Shown one piece after another: positions 18,750 through 28,600 of a stretch of DNA of 32,000 nt. The translations under genes were made by a program, and so were the position numbers. How positions within the stretch are numbered: the first letter of the stretch is position 1; each line of letters starts with the position of its first letter. The stretch spans positions 1 through 32,000 of the forward strand of contig DAVZ01000019.1 in NCBI GenBank assembly GCA_002505765.1. Direction: 5' to 3'. The DNA comes from Methanobacterium sp. UBA176. GTDB taxonomy: Archaea > Methanobacteriota > Methanobacteria > Methanobacteriales > Methanobacteriaceae. The notes beneath the pieces were generated by a model. The model was not told where the DNA came from, did no database searches, and was given only the letters and a program-made list of their open reading frames with translations.

Positions 18750-19826
18750 TTAAATCAAGACTGCAGAAATTTCTACAAACTCACTATATCGATTAACCTC
18801 TGATTCTACTGCTTCTTGCTCATCTTTGCTGAATTTACGAAAAGGATTTAGCCTGATTTCAACTCTATTTCTCTTCAAAGATTTATTCCAGGTGCCTGCC
18901 ACTTTACCATCTAAAATAATAACTGCATTTAAAGCATTACCCATTGAAATCATTCTTTCAATATCTCGCGCTTCACTGATATCTCCCCTGTCTTTATAAG
19001 CAATTGTGTATTCATCATAAATTGATAATAATAATGCAGATGGCGACTTTGGTGTTTTTACCTTTATATAGTCAAAAAACCAATATGTCTTGCCATCATG
19101 AGTTGATTGATTTAATTTTGATTTAATTAAGTTGAGGGCGTCTCTTGCATCTCTAATGGTGAGTCCTGACCACCATGAAAAGTCCTTCAGTTGAGCTGGG
19201 CCGTGACTTTTAAAATAGTTGATTATAAGTTTAGTAAGAGCTTGTTCCCAGCTTAACTTTTTTGCTTTTTTCACTCTTTCTTCCAGAAGTGCATAGGTAA
19301 ACTGTTTTCCACGCCTTGGTCCGCTGCAAATCAATCCATCTAATTCTGCCTGCATGATAATGTGAGCCAGACGTTGAATGTCTGTATTGATACCTATTTC
19401 TTCTAATACGGTTTTAAGCTCTTGTCGAGTAAGATATGTATGATCTCGTAACGCTTTGACGATTGCAGCATTACTTTTAGCAAACAACATATCATCAAGT
19501 TCAAGTTTTCGATTATAAGACTTAAGAACAGTTTTTACTCGGGGTGCAGTTAACTCAAGCATCCAGCGGATATTCTCTGGGGTGATAAAATGCCATGTAG
19601 GGCGCATTACATGAGTGCGCAAGATTTTACCTTCATTGAAAGCGTTTTCAATTTTTTCATCAGTTGAATTTTTAATACGAAGCCCAAGCGCCCATTTAGC
19701 AGCGGCAAAGTCCTGTGCCTGAACTGCACCTAAATGTGAAACCGCATCCGATGCAGTTTTAAAGGGAGAATTGACTAAACCGCTGTTATAAAGACGTAAT
19801 TTTGTAATTTCTGCAGCATTCATCAT
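18750..19826 (-). CDS. Winged-helix DNA-binding protein of the AlkZ/YcaQ (HTH_42) family; putative DNA glycosylase
   Basis: The 358-aa size matches the family. The N-terminal region is HLGAVQAQDFAAAKWAL, containing a Q-x-Q/D motif like the catalytic motif I recall for AlkZ/YcaQ. The assignment is by recollection. Confidence 0.6.
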   Translation of the reverse strand: MMNAAEITKLRLYNSGLVNSPFKTASDAVSHLGAVQAQDFAAAKWALGLRIKNSTDEKIENAFNEGKILRTHVMRPTWHFITPENIRWMLELTAPRVKTVLKSYNRKLELDDMLFAKSNAAIVKALRDHTYLTRQELKTVLEEIGINTDIQRLAHIIMQAELDGLICSGPRRGKQFTYALLEERVKKAKKLSWEQALTKLIINYFKSHGPAQLKDFSWWSGLTIRDARDALNLIKSKLNQSTHDGKTYWFFDYIKVKTPKSPSALLLSIYDEYTIAYKDRGDISEARDIERMISMGNALNAVIILDGKVAGTWNKSLKRNRVEIRLNPFRKFSKDEQEAVESEVNRYSEFVEISAVLI

Positions 19827-19858
19827 CTAACCTTTATCATGCTTAGTATCCATGCATA

Positions 19859-20458
19859 TCAAATCTGTCTAAAAAGCATTGAAAAATCCACCAGCAGCCC
19901 ATCGTCATCCACCACAATGTCAAAAATAAAATCGGCAGCTCTACATCTTGATAACGATAGGTTCGCTCATCTATCTTACTGTAAATTTGCTGAAGTCGCC
20001 GTAGGGAAACTGTCAAAATTTTAAATTTTGACGCAGCAAAAATCTACGATTTTTGCCAGACTTATTCTCGTCAAAATAGATCATGTCGACTTTCTGTGGT
20101 TCTCCATCAAAGCGCAGTTGTTTGATTGGCAGCGTATTTGTGATGAAATGGAGATATCTACCATCTCTACGCCATCAAACTCTGACAAGAGCTGGCCCTT
20201 GCCATCATACCACTGATAGTCCTTATGCACGAGATTAATCTCTCTTTCACCCAATAATGACTTAATAGATACTTCCTTAATTTGCCAATCCATAGTCAAT
20301 GCCAGATAATACTCTACAGCAAACGGAATATCCTGGTCGGTTTTACCCACCGCCAGTCCATGACCATAGACACCATCATCTACCATGTGCCGATGAATCA
20401 CCATGCTTGGCCAGGACAATGCCTGCCAGACAATCGTTCGCGTTTTATTCGCTGGCAT
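19859..20458 (-). pseudogene. Frameshifted glycolipid-binding-domain (DUF1089-like) gene
   Basis: Frame 1 runs from 20458 to a stop at 20081. The family-like segment FITNTLPIKQLRF...VDMIYFDE continues in a second frame from about 20150. QQIYSKIDERTYRYQ lies in a third frame. FIFDIVVDDDGLLVDFSMLFRQI ends at the stop at 19859-19861. The total of about 200 codons matches the family length. Confidence 0.7.
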
Positions 20459-20597
20459 ATTCTATGCCTCATTTAAAGATGTCTGAAAAACTTCGGCAAT
20501 GTTCCTTTTGATTATCTTGTTCATCTGCTTTCTAAAAATTATTTTCCTCATTTGTTTTCCCACTTCCATTCTTGGTATCCGATTTTGTAATGCTCCT

Positions 20598-21758
20598 TTA
20601 CGTTTCCCGGAATTCGCGGAAGAAATCACGTAGATCCTTGGCCAGCAACTCTGGAACTTCCATGGCCGGGAAATGGCCGCCCTGTCTGAATTCACTCCAG
20701 TGCGGCAATTGATTCTCTGGATCTTGTAAGGCACGCGCGGTGCTTTTAGCTCCAAAGACAGCCATACCCACAGGGGCAAACGATGGCCGGCTCCAGTCTC
20801 GCTGCAAGTGTAGGTTATTGTAGAGAAAGCCGGCAGCCGAAGCGCCACTCATAGTAAACCAGTACAGGCTGATGATAGTGAGCATTTGGTTCAGGTCTAC
20901 AGTTTCTTCAGGTAGCTTATCGCCGTTATCGGTCCACATTTTGAATTTTTCAACAATCCAGGCGAGCTGGCCAACCGGTGAGTCATTCAACAAGTAACCG
21001 ATAGTTAACGGGCGAGTTTTTTGGATTGCAAGATAACCCCCGTCTTCGTCGACTTTTTGGGCGATTTCCTGAATTTCCCTCTTCTCAAGTGTTCGGAATT
21101 TTGGATTCTTAGCAGGGTTGTTGCCCATAAACTTGATATACCAGACGATGGAAGGCATGTCAGCACTGACATGTACGCCAACCAAGTTTTTGTCAATGTG
21201 ATTAATCTCACCGGCAATATCCGAGCCAATATCACCACCATGAACACCCCATCGCTCATAACCCAATTCTTTCATTAGTTGGCTGTAAGCTTTGGCAGTT
21301 CGGATGGCGTGCCAGTGCTCCTTAACAGGGGAAGACAAACCGAAACCAGGGGTAGTTGGTAGGACAACATGGAATGCATCTTCGGCCTTACCACCATGAG
21401 CGACAGGATCTGTTAGAGGGTCGATCATTTTTACAAATTCGATGTTCGAACTCGGCCAACCGTGCAGAAGCATCAGCGGCATGGCATTGGTTTCCTTGGA
21501 TTTGACATGGAAGAAGTGGATAGGTTGGGCACCGATTTCGGCTACAAATTGGTCGTACTTATTGAGCCAGTCTTCCTGCTTTCGCCAATCAAACTTGTGT
21601 TGCCAGTAGTTCGTTAGTTTTTTTAGATAGGCTGGCGGCACACCTCGGTCCCAGCCCAAATCTTTGATTTCATTGGGCCAACGCGTGTTTTCAAGGCGCT
21701 CCCTCAGATCATCAAGCTGCACCTGCGCTATATTGATTTTGTAGGGTTTTATTATCAT
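20598..21758 (-). CDS. Epoxide hydrolase (alpha/beta fold with EH N-terminal domain)
   Basis: The N-terminus is IKPYKINIAQVQLDDLRERLENTRWPNE. It has the HGWP oxyanion motif (LLHGWPSS) and the Asp nucleophile elbow GGDIGS. The ATG at 21758 has GGAGAG 4 nt upstream. Confidence 0.85.
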   Translation of the reverse strand: MIIKPYKINIAQVQLDDLRERLENTRWPNEIKDLGWDRGVPPAYLKKLTNYWQHKFDWRKQEDWLNKYDQFVAEIGAQPIHFFHVKSKETNAMPLMLLHGWPSSNIEFVKMIDPLTDPVAHGGKAEDAFHVVLPTTPGFGLSSPVKEHWHAIRTAKAYSQLMKELGYERWGVHGGDIGSDIAGEINHIDKNLVGVHVSADMPSIVWYIKFMGNNPAKNPKFRTLEKREIQEIAQKVDEDGGYLAIQKTRPLTIGYLLNDSPVGQLAWIVEKFKMWTDNGDKLPEETVDLNQMLTIISLYWFTMSGASAAGFLYNNLHLQRDWSRPSFAPVGMAVFGAKSTARALQDPENQLPHWSEFRQGGHFPAMEVPELLAKDLRDFFREFRET

Positions 21759-21821
21759 AGAACTCTCCATTGTCAAAGCTTCCTAGACAACCTTCCTGTT
21801 TTATCCATTTTATCCAATTCC

Positions 21822-22280
21822 TTATTTTTCCGCAAGCTTTTTTAATTTATTTAGAGCTTTAGGCCAGATTTTCTCGGACATCTCTATCATTTCCTGGTTT
21901 ACAACATCTGAAGACAGATCCACCAGAAGTTCAGTTTTACCATCCACATCCTTAAATGTGTAATTTTCAAGTGATCCGGCCCACTCTTTAGCTTCCTGGC
22001 TTGATGTATCCTCTTCGCCGTTATATACAATACCCACATGTTTAATGGAGACATATTCGTATTTACGGTTCTCCTTTATTCGGCTTACCATTCCAGACAT
22101 TTGTCCTGACTCATCAGGTGCGAGGAACAGTATCTTACTTCCCTCGCTCCAGTCACCGTCGTAGGTTGAACCAGGCATGAAAACGTCTGTCCATTTTTCA
22201 TAGGTATCCTTATCAAGCATGGTCTTCCAGACATTTTCTTTAGGTGCATTTATAACGATTGAAAATTGCATTTTTTCCAT
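21822..22280 (-). CDS. SRPBCC / AHSA1-like small protein (paralog 1)
   Basis: The ATG at 22280 (MEKMQFSIVINAPKENVW) is preceded by AGGAGG. It is very similar to the ORF at 23288-23737. Confidence 0.85.
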   Translation of the reverse strand: MEKMQFSIVINAPKENVWKTMLDKDTYEKWTDVFMPGSTYDGDWSEGSKILFLAPDESGQMSGMVSRIKENRKYEYVSIKHVGIVYNGEEDTSSQEAKEWAGSLENYTFKDVDGKTELLVDLSSDVVNQEMIEMSEKIWPKALNKLKKLAEK

Positions 22281-22296
22281 AAATTTTTCCTCCTTT

Positions 22297-22757
22297 TTAT
22301 TTTTCCACCAATTCTTTGAGCTTTTGCAGGGCCTTACGCCACATATCCTGGTACATTTCCTTATAATCATCTGGTACATCCATAACTGGAGTTAAATCCA
22401 CCAGCACTTCAGTCTTGCCATCTATCTCTTTAAAGGTGTAGTTTTCAAGCGCACCAGCGTATACCGTCGCCTGTTTGCTTGTAGTATCTTCTTTCCCATC
22501 TTGCACCATACCAATATTTTCCATGGAGACGAATTCGTACGGCCGATTTTCTTTTATCCGAAACACCGACCCGGAAATTTTACCCGACTCATCAGGTGCA
22601 AGGAAAAGTATCTTACTTCCCTCACTCCAATCACCCTCGAATATGAACCTGGCATAAACACATCGGTCCACAGGGGGTAGGTGTCCTTACCAAGCAGTAC
22701 TTCCCATACTTTTTGTTTAGGCGCATCTACAACTATTGAAAAATGTAGTTTTTCCAT
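22297..22757 (-). pseudogene. SRPBCC / AHSA1-like paralog 2, interrupted by a 1-nt frameshift
   Basis: MEKLHFSIVVDAPKQKVW...DVFMPGSY (frame of ORF 22554-22808) continues as FEGDWSEGSKILFLAPDE (frame of ORF 22297-22671). The join at about 22640-22645 reads tcatattcgag, where the paralogs imply one extra base. Confidence 0.75.
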
Positions 22758-22794
22758 AAAATCACACCATTCCATTGAAATATCCTTAAATTGA

Positions 22795-23271
22795 CTATAT
22801 TCCCTCATAAGCCTGCTTTAACTTCTCTACATCCAGTTTATTCATCTGCATCATGGCCTGCATTACTCTCTGGGATTTTTCCTCATCCGGATCGCTTAGA
22901 TACTCTCCTAAAATGGTGGGCACGATCTGCCAGGCCAGGCCAAATTTATCCTTAACCCAGCCCGGTCCCAGTTCCATTCCTCCATCTGAGAGCTTCTCCC
23001 ACAACTCATCCACCTCTTCCTGGGTATCGCAGTTTACAAACAACGATATGGCTTCTGTAAACTTGAACTGTGGATTACCATTTAATGCGTGAAATTCCTG
23101 TCCTTCGAGCTGGAAGGTCACCCACATAACCGATCCTGCGGGATCGGGTCCGGCTTCTCCGTATCGCACGGTATTCAGTATTTTCGAATTTTTAAAGATG
23201 GAGGTATAGAGATTAGCTGCCTCAAGAGCTTTACCATCTTCAAACCATAAGAATGGTACGATCTTTTGCAT
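22795..23271 (-). CDS. VOC-superfamily protein (PhnB / 3-demethylubiquinone-9 3-methyltransferase-domain type)
   Basis: The N-terminus [24 protein letters not shown] and the segment [15 protein letters not shown] are typical of this family. Confidence 0.75.
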   Translation of the reverse strand: MQKIVPFLWFEDGKALEAANLYTSIFKNSKILNTVRYGEAGPDPAGSVMWVTFQLEGQEFHALNGNPQFKFTEAISLFVNCDTQEEVDELWEKLSDGGMELGPGWVKDKFGLAWQIVPTILGEYLSDPDEEKSQRVMQAMMQMNKLDVEKLKQAYEGI

Positions 23272-23287
23272 TTAAATTCGCTCCTTA

Positions 23288-23737
23288 TTATTTCTCCGCC
23301 AGTTCTTTTAGCTTTTGCAGCGCTTTCGGCCACATATCCTGGAACATCTCCGTGAACTCCTCGTTTATATCCACATCCACCAGTACCTCAGTTTTCCCGT
23401 CTGTCTCTTTGAAAGTGTAATTTTCAAGCGCTCCAGCCCACTCTTTGGCTTCCTGGCTTGAAGTATCTTCTTTTCCATCCTGTACCATACCAATGCTTTC
23501 CATTGAAATATACTCATATGGTCGGTTTTCTTTAATCCTGCTCACCATTCCAGACATTTTCCCAGCCTCATCAGGAGCAAGGAAAAGTATTTTGCTCCCT
23601 TCACTCCAGTCACCATCGTAGGTTGAACCAGGACCGAATATTTCCGTCCATTTTTCATAGGTATCCTTATCAAGCATTGTTTTCCAAACCTTTTCTTTCG
23701 GTGCATTTATAACAGTTGAAAAATGCATCTTCTCCAT
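23288..23737 (-). CDS. SRPBCC / AHSA1-like small protein (paralog 3)
   Basis: The intact 149-aa ORF is highly similar to paralogs 1 and 2. Confidence 0.85.
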   Translation of the reverse strand: MEKMHFSTVINAPKEKVWKTMLDKDTYEKWTEIFGPGSTYDGDWSEGSKILFLAPDEAGKMSGMVSRIKENRPYEYISMESIGMVQDGKEDTSSQEAKEWAGALENYTFKETDGKTEVLVDVDINEEFTEMFQDMWPKALQKLKELAEK

Positions 23738-23809
23738 ATTTCTTCCTCCTTTGTTTAAATATTTACAATAAAAATTATCTTTACTCTAAAAAAGGAATAG
23801 AGTTCAAAA

Positions 23810-24352
23810 TTAGGGTTCATTAAGTCTTTTAAGGATTCTGTTAACTGTTTTCCATGTTCGGGTCGTTATTTCCTTGCCGAATTCTTTTTCCAGCCAGCGC
23901 ATTAAATCAGGTGTTTTTGTACGGGTCAGATCAACTACACTGCAGATTACACGGTCATATACTCCTAAAACGATGTAGCCATTATTTTCTGCATAATAAG
24001 GAAATTCAATCTCTGTATTCGGTTTATCTTTTAAAAAAGTGACATTTAATTTAGATTCTGGGGTGTCCTTTAATCCTTTAAACGGCTTCTTACTTACTAA
24101 CGCCTCTAATTCCTCTTTGCTGCAAATAATGGTGGTACTTGTAAAACCAAGCTGCTCAGGCAGTGTTTTTTCAATAATGGCTTCAAGTTCATTTACATTA
24201 CTGGATTGGCTTTCAAACAACACATTGCCGCTGGAGATTACTGTCTGGACATTCTGAAAACCAATATCTTCAAAAACACCGCGCAACTTCTCGTTACGCA
24301 TATTCGGGTTCGAAGGGCCAATTCCGCGAAGTAACGCTGCATATTTAGTCAT
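23810..24352 (-). CDS. DUF1697-like protein
   Basis: The N-terminus YAALLRGIGPSNPNMRNEKLRGVFEDIGFQNVQTVISSGNVLF matches my memory of the DUF1697 family start. Confidence 0.65.
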   Translation of the reverse strand: MTKYAALLRGIGPSNPNMRNEKLRGVFEDIGFQNVQTVISSGNVLFESQSSNVNELEAIIEKTLPEQLGFTSTTIICSKEELEALVSKKPFKGLKDTPESKLNVTFLKDKPNTEIEFPYYAENNGYIVLGVYDRVICSVVDLTRTKTPDLMRWLEKEFGKEITTRTWKTVNRILKRLNEP

Positions 24353-24377
24353 TTGAATCTTAACATGACTTTAATTT

Positions 24378-24866
<489 letters not shown>

Positions 24867-25098
24867 ATTCTTCACCTTTCTGTCTTTAACAACACTCCAG
24901 CATCTGTATAAACCTCAAGGCTCTGCCTTGGTTGCCTGATTATACTGGATAGTTTAACTACGTTATTGATATGTAGTTTTAAAATAATAAATGTTTCATT
25001 ATTTGTAATAAAAATTTGGCGCTATTTGAGATAAGTCTATATTAATTCAGTAAAAAAGGAATAAAGAGAAATTTAATCCCTAAAAAATATTTTTTGAT

Positions 25099-25710
25099 TT
25101 AACTTCCAAATATTGCAGTCCATATCTGCTGGAAAAAGGACATTATACCATCTATAATTGAATTTAATATTCCCTGATCCTGTGTTGCTGTCATATTTGT
25201 ATTTGATGTTGTATTATTAGTTTCAAATGTATCTTCTTTTGATATATTCTTATCCAAAATGGCTTTTAAGATCCTACCAGTTTCAGCATCCACATATATT
25301 CTTCCCACATTTTTTCCATTCTGATTTTCGACCTGCACGACCCATGTAGTGTTGTATCCTTCAACCCATTGATATCTACCAGGACCTCCAAAATCAGGAC
25401 TATCTGCTTTAGCTTCACTAACCGGTATCCATTTTACACCACCTGTTTTAGTGTCTTTAACTTTAGATTTCCAGGCATCCCAGCCTGGAGTTAACGCAGT
25501 ATATGGCAAATCTTGAGATTTCAGGTAAAATTGAGCAATTTTTTGGGCCTGATTTGCACCTATTGTTGGCCCTGAATCAGCATGTACAATATTAAAAAAA
25601 CTAAAAACAATTATTAAAAATAATAAAATTTGAAATAACTTTTTAAGCCCCATTTTTAACACCAATATCTTATATAATTCCTCTATTAATAAATTTTGAT
25701 TAAATTTCAT
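25099..25710 (-). CDS. Secreted or membrane-anchored PepSY-like protein
   Basis: It has a signal/anchor segment (MGLKKLFQILLFLIIVFSFFNIVHA) and a C-terminal GRIYVDAETGRIL motif. The start is either 25710 (4-nt overlap with the trm5 stop) or the internal ATG at 25653. Confidence 0.65.
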   Translation of the reverse strand: MKFNQNLLIEELYKILVLKMGLKKLFQILLFLIIVFSFFNIVHADSGPTIGANQAQKIAQFYLKSQDLPYTALTPGWDAWKSKVKDTKTGGVKWIPVSEAKADSPDFGGPGRYQWVEGYNTTWVVQVENQNGKNVGRIYVDAETGRILKAILDKNISKEDTFETNNTTSNTNMTATQDQGILNSIIDGIMSFFQQIWTAIFGS

Positions 25711-26738
25711 GGGTTGTTTATAACCTGAGCATCTACCCCAACATGCCAGATCCCAGGACTTTTTGATTTTACCTTCCTTTTGTTTAGTATTTTAACTTTT
25801 CTCGGGCTGGCTGCACTTTCAATCCTTTTAATAACCTCATTAAAATCTGAAGCAAACTCATAATAGTGAATGATTCCTCCATCCTTAATATAATCAAATG
25901 CATAATTTAAAAAAAGGTATGCAGCCCCTGGAAGGTTCATAATTATTCGATCTGCTTTAATTTCCCTCTCTTTTAAAACTTTCCTTACATCCCCTAAAAT
26001 CGGAATTACTTTGTCTTGAACTTTATTAAGCTCAATATTTCTCTTAATATACTTATAAGCTTCAGGATTTATATCAATTGCATATATCTTTACATTATGC
26101 TCCCTTGCAATAAGTATGGGAAAAGGCCCAGCTCCTGTAAACATATCCACTATGATTTCACCATTTTTTACATTATCAGCCACTCTTTTCCTTTCAGTGG
26201 CCAATCGAGGACTGAAATAAACTTTTTCAACATCAAGCATTATCCTGGACCCAAATTCTTGATGTATAGTTTCGGATATGTCTTCTCCAGCTATGTGTTC
26301 AAGTTCCCTGGTTCTTATTATTCCTTTAATTTCGCTCTTTTTTCTAAAAACAGCTCTTCTTCCGGTGAATTTAAGTGCAGCCTTACCAATTAAAGTTTTA
26401 AATTCTTCCAGACCTTCAGGAATTTCCAGAATAACAATATCTCCAACAATATCAAAGGATCCCCTTATTTCATCTATTTTACGGGCATCCATTTTGCCTT
26501 TAAGATAATCTTTAAGACTTTTAGGCTTTCTTTTTTGTATTTCAAATGTTGTATCAACTATCTCTACATTACCCTGTCCTAATTCCGTTAAAAGTTCTTT
26601 TTTAGGTTCATCAGATAGTGGAATTACCACATACCCATTTTCTCGCTTTATTTTAGCATCAAGATTAATATAAGAGAGTTTCAGCAGCATTTTACGTGCA
26701 TCGTTAGCCATGTTTTTTTTAATTTTAAGACCAATCAT
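25707..26738 (-). CDS. trm5: tRNA (guanine37-N1)-methyltransferase Trm5 family
   Basis: It has the SAM motif VDMFTGAGPF and the NLPG motif (IIMNLPGAA). The ~340-aa size fits the archaeal type. The start is moved to the ATG at 26738. Confidence 0.8.
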   Translation of the reverse strand: MIGLKIKKNMANDARKMLLKLSYINLDAKIKRENGYVVIPLSDEPKKELLTELGQGNVEIVDTTFEIQKRKPKSLKDYLKGKMDARKIDEIRGSFDIVGDIVILEIPEGLEEFKTLIGKAALKFTGRRAVFRKKSEIKGIIRTRELEHIAGEDISETIHQEFGSRIMLDVEKVYFSPRLATERKRVADNVKNGEIIVDMFTGAGPFPILIAREHNVKIYAIDINPEAYKYIKRNIELNKVQDKVIPILGDVRKVLKEREIKADRIIMNLPGAAYLFLNYAFDYIKDGGIIHYYEFASDFNEVIKRIESAASPRKVKILNKRKVKSKSPGIWHVGVDAQVINNP

Positions 26739-26858
26739 AGTAACCTCAAAAAGATCCAACTATTATAGCTAAATATTATCAAAATTAAATATAACATTGT
26801 TGATAATTAAGATTTAAAAATCATCAAAACCCTCGAGATTCAAAATACAGGTGAAAAA

Positions 26859-27644
26859 ATGTTTTATTTTATTGGTATGGGACTTTACGATGAAAAAGAT
26901 ATTTCTTTAAAGGGTATTGAAGCTCTAAAAAATGTTGACCACGTTTATGCCGAATTTTATACAGCTAAACTCTTTGGAACAACATTATCTGCGATTGAAT
27001 ATATAATAAGCAAAGAAATCAGGGTTTTAACCAGAGAGGAAGTAGAAGAATTTAATATACCCCTTAATGCAGCAATGGAAAAAGATGTGGCGTTTTTAGT
27101 TGCAGGAGACCCTCTAATTGCAACAACACATACTGATATGATGATTGAAGCCAAAAAATTGAATATTCAAACTACAGTTATTCATTCATCCTCCATTATA
27201 TCTGCTGCTCCAGGTTTATCTGGTCTTCAGGCCTATAAATTTGGAAAAGTCACCACTGTACCATTTCCAGATGAAAATTATTTTCCACATTCTCCCTATT
27301 TAACCATAAAAGCAAATAAAGAATTAAATGCCCATACACTCGTTCTTTTAGATATCCGAGCCGATGAAAACAAATTCATGACTGCAAATGAAGGATTGGA
27401 ATATCTTTTAAAGGTTGAAATAGAAAGAAAAGAAAATATTGTGACTGAAGATTCTTTAGCTGTTGTGGTTGCCCGTGCAGGTTCAGATAGACCTGTTGTG
27501 CGTGCAGATAAGATTAAATCACTCATTAGTGAGGATTTTGGAGGGCCGCTCCACTCCCTGGTCATTCCTGGAAATCTTCATTTCATGGAAGCTGAATATC
27601 TGGTTAGAGTATGTGGAGCTCCTCATGAGTTTATGGAAGAATAA
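26859..27644 (+). CDS. dphB: Diphthine synthase
   Basis: The N-terminus FYFIGMGLYDEKDISLKGIEALKNVDHVYAEFYT and the tetrapyrrole-methylase fold motifs (VAFLVAGDP) are present. The ORF is 261 aa. Confidence 0.9.
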   Translation: MFYFIGMGLYDEKDISLKGIEALKNVDHVYAEFYTAKLFGTTLSAIEYIISKEIRVLTREEVEEFNIPLNAAMEKDVAFLVAGDPLIATTHTDMMIEAKKLNIQTTVIHSSSIISAAPGLSGLQAYKFGKVTTVPFPDENYFPHSPYLTIKANKELNAHTLVLLDIRADENKFMTANEGLEYLLKVEIERKENIVTEDSLAVVVARAGSDRPVVRADKIKSLISEDFGGPLHSLVIPGNLHFMEAEYLVRVCGAPHEFMEE

Positions 27645-27658
27645 AAATTGGGGGAAAT

Positions 27659-28594
27659 ATGCAAAATAACCATTCTGATGTGATAAAATATCCTAAACCC
27701 TTCCTAAAATGGGCTGGAGGGAAAAAACAGTTACTGAATGAATTCGGAAAAATATTATCTCCAGTAATTAAGGATAAAAACACTATAAAAAGGTATGTTG
27801 AGCCCTTTGTTGGTGGTGGAGCTTTATTTTTTTATTTAAAGAGAAAATATGATATTGAAGAGTCTTTTATATCTGATATTAATAAAGAGCTTATACTGGC
27901 CTATAAAACCATAAAAATAGATCATAAGTCAATTATAGATAAATTAGAGGAAATACAAAATAAACACCTTCAAAAATCAGAAGATAAAAGAAAAGAACAT
28001 TATTATCAGGTTAGAAACGAATATAACCTGCAGATAGAGAATTTTGATTATATTAAATTCAATGAAAAATGGATCCAGAGAACTTCTTATCTTATATTTT
28101 TAAATAAAACTTGTTTTAATGGACTTTTTCGCCAAAATCAGAAAGGAGAATTTAACGTGCCCTTTGGACGATATAAAAATCCTAAAATTTATGATGAAAA
28201 GAATATTATTGCCGTAAATCACACCCTTAAAAATACAGGGATTTATTGTGGAGATTTTACACAATCAGGTCGGTTTATAAATAAAAAAAGTATTTTATAC
28301 CTTGATCCACCCTACCGACCTTTAAATAAAACCTCTAATTTTACCACATATTCAAAAAAGGGTTTTGGGGATGAAGATCAAAAAAGATTAGCTCTTTTTT
28401 TTGATAAAATGACCAGGAAAGGTGCTTATATAATACTCAGCAATTCTGACCCTAAAAATAATTTACCAGATGATAATTTCTTTGATGAACTTTATAATAG
28501 CTATAATATCTCCAGAATTCCTGCTAAGAGGTTTATAAATTGCGATGCCTCAAAAAGGGGAGAGTTAAATGAATTGATTATAACAAATTTTTAA
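27659..28594 (+). CDS. Dam-family N6-adenine DNA methyltransferase
   Basis: It has PFLKWAGGKKQLL, the SAM motif EPFVGGGALFF and the catalytic DPPY (LYLDPPYRP). It starts 14 nt after the dphB stop. Confidence 0.9.
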   Translation: MQNNHSDVIKYPKPFLKWAGGKKQLLNEFGKILSPVIKDKNTIKRYVEPFVGGGALFFYLKRKYDIEESFISDINKELILAYKTIKIDHKSIIDKLEEIQNKHLQKSEDKRKEHYYQVRNEYNLQIENFDYIKFNEKWIQRTSYLIFLNKTCFNGLFRQNQKGEFNVPFGRYKNPKIYDEKNIIAVNHTLKNTGIYCGDFTQSGRFINKKSILYLDPPYRPLNKTSNFTTYSKKGFGDEDQKRLALFFDKMTRKGAYIILSNSDPKNNLPDDNFFDELYNSYNISRIPAKRFINCDASKRGELNELIITNF

Positions 28595-28600
28595 ATACAT

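Noticed and set aside
19839-20216. Plus-strand ORFs 19839-20024 and 20028-20216
   Set aside because: They lie antisense to the frameshifted glycolipid-binding-domain remnant, whose family-like segments explain the region better.
20462-20848. 128-aa minus-strand ORF overlapping the epoxide hydrolase 3' region in another frame
   Set aside because: The epoxide hydrolase frame carries the family motifs across this span. The alternative frame is an artefact of G+C-rich sequence having fewer stops.
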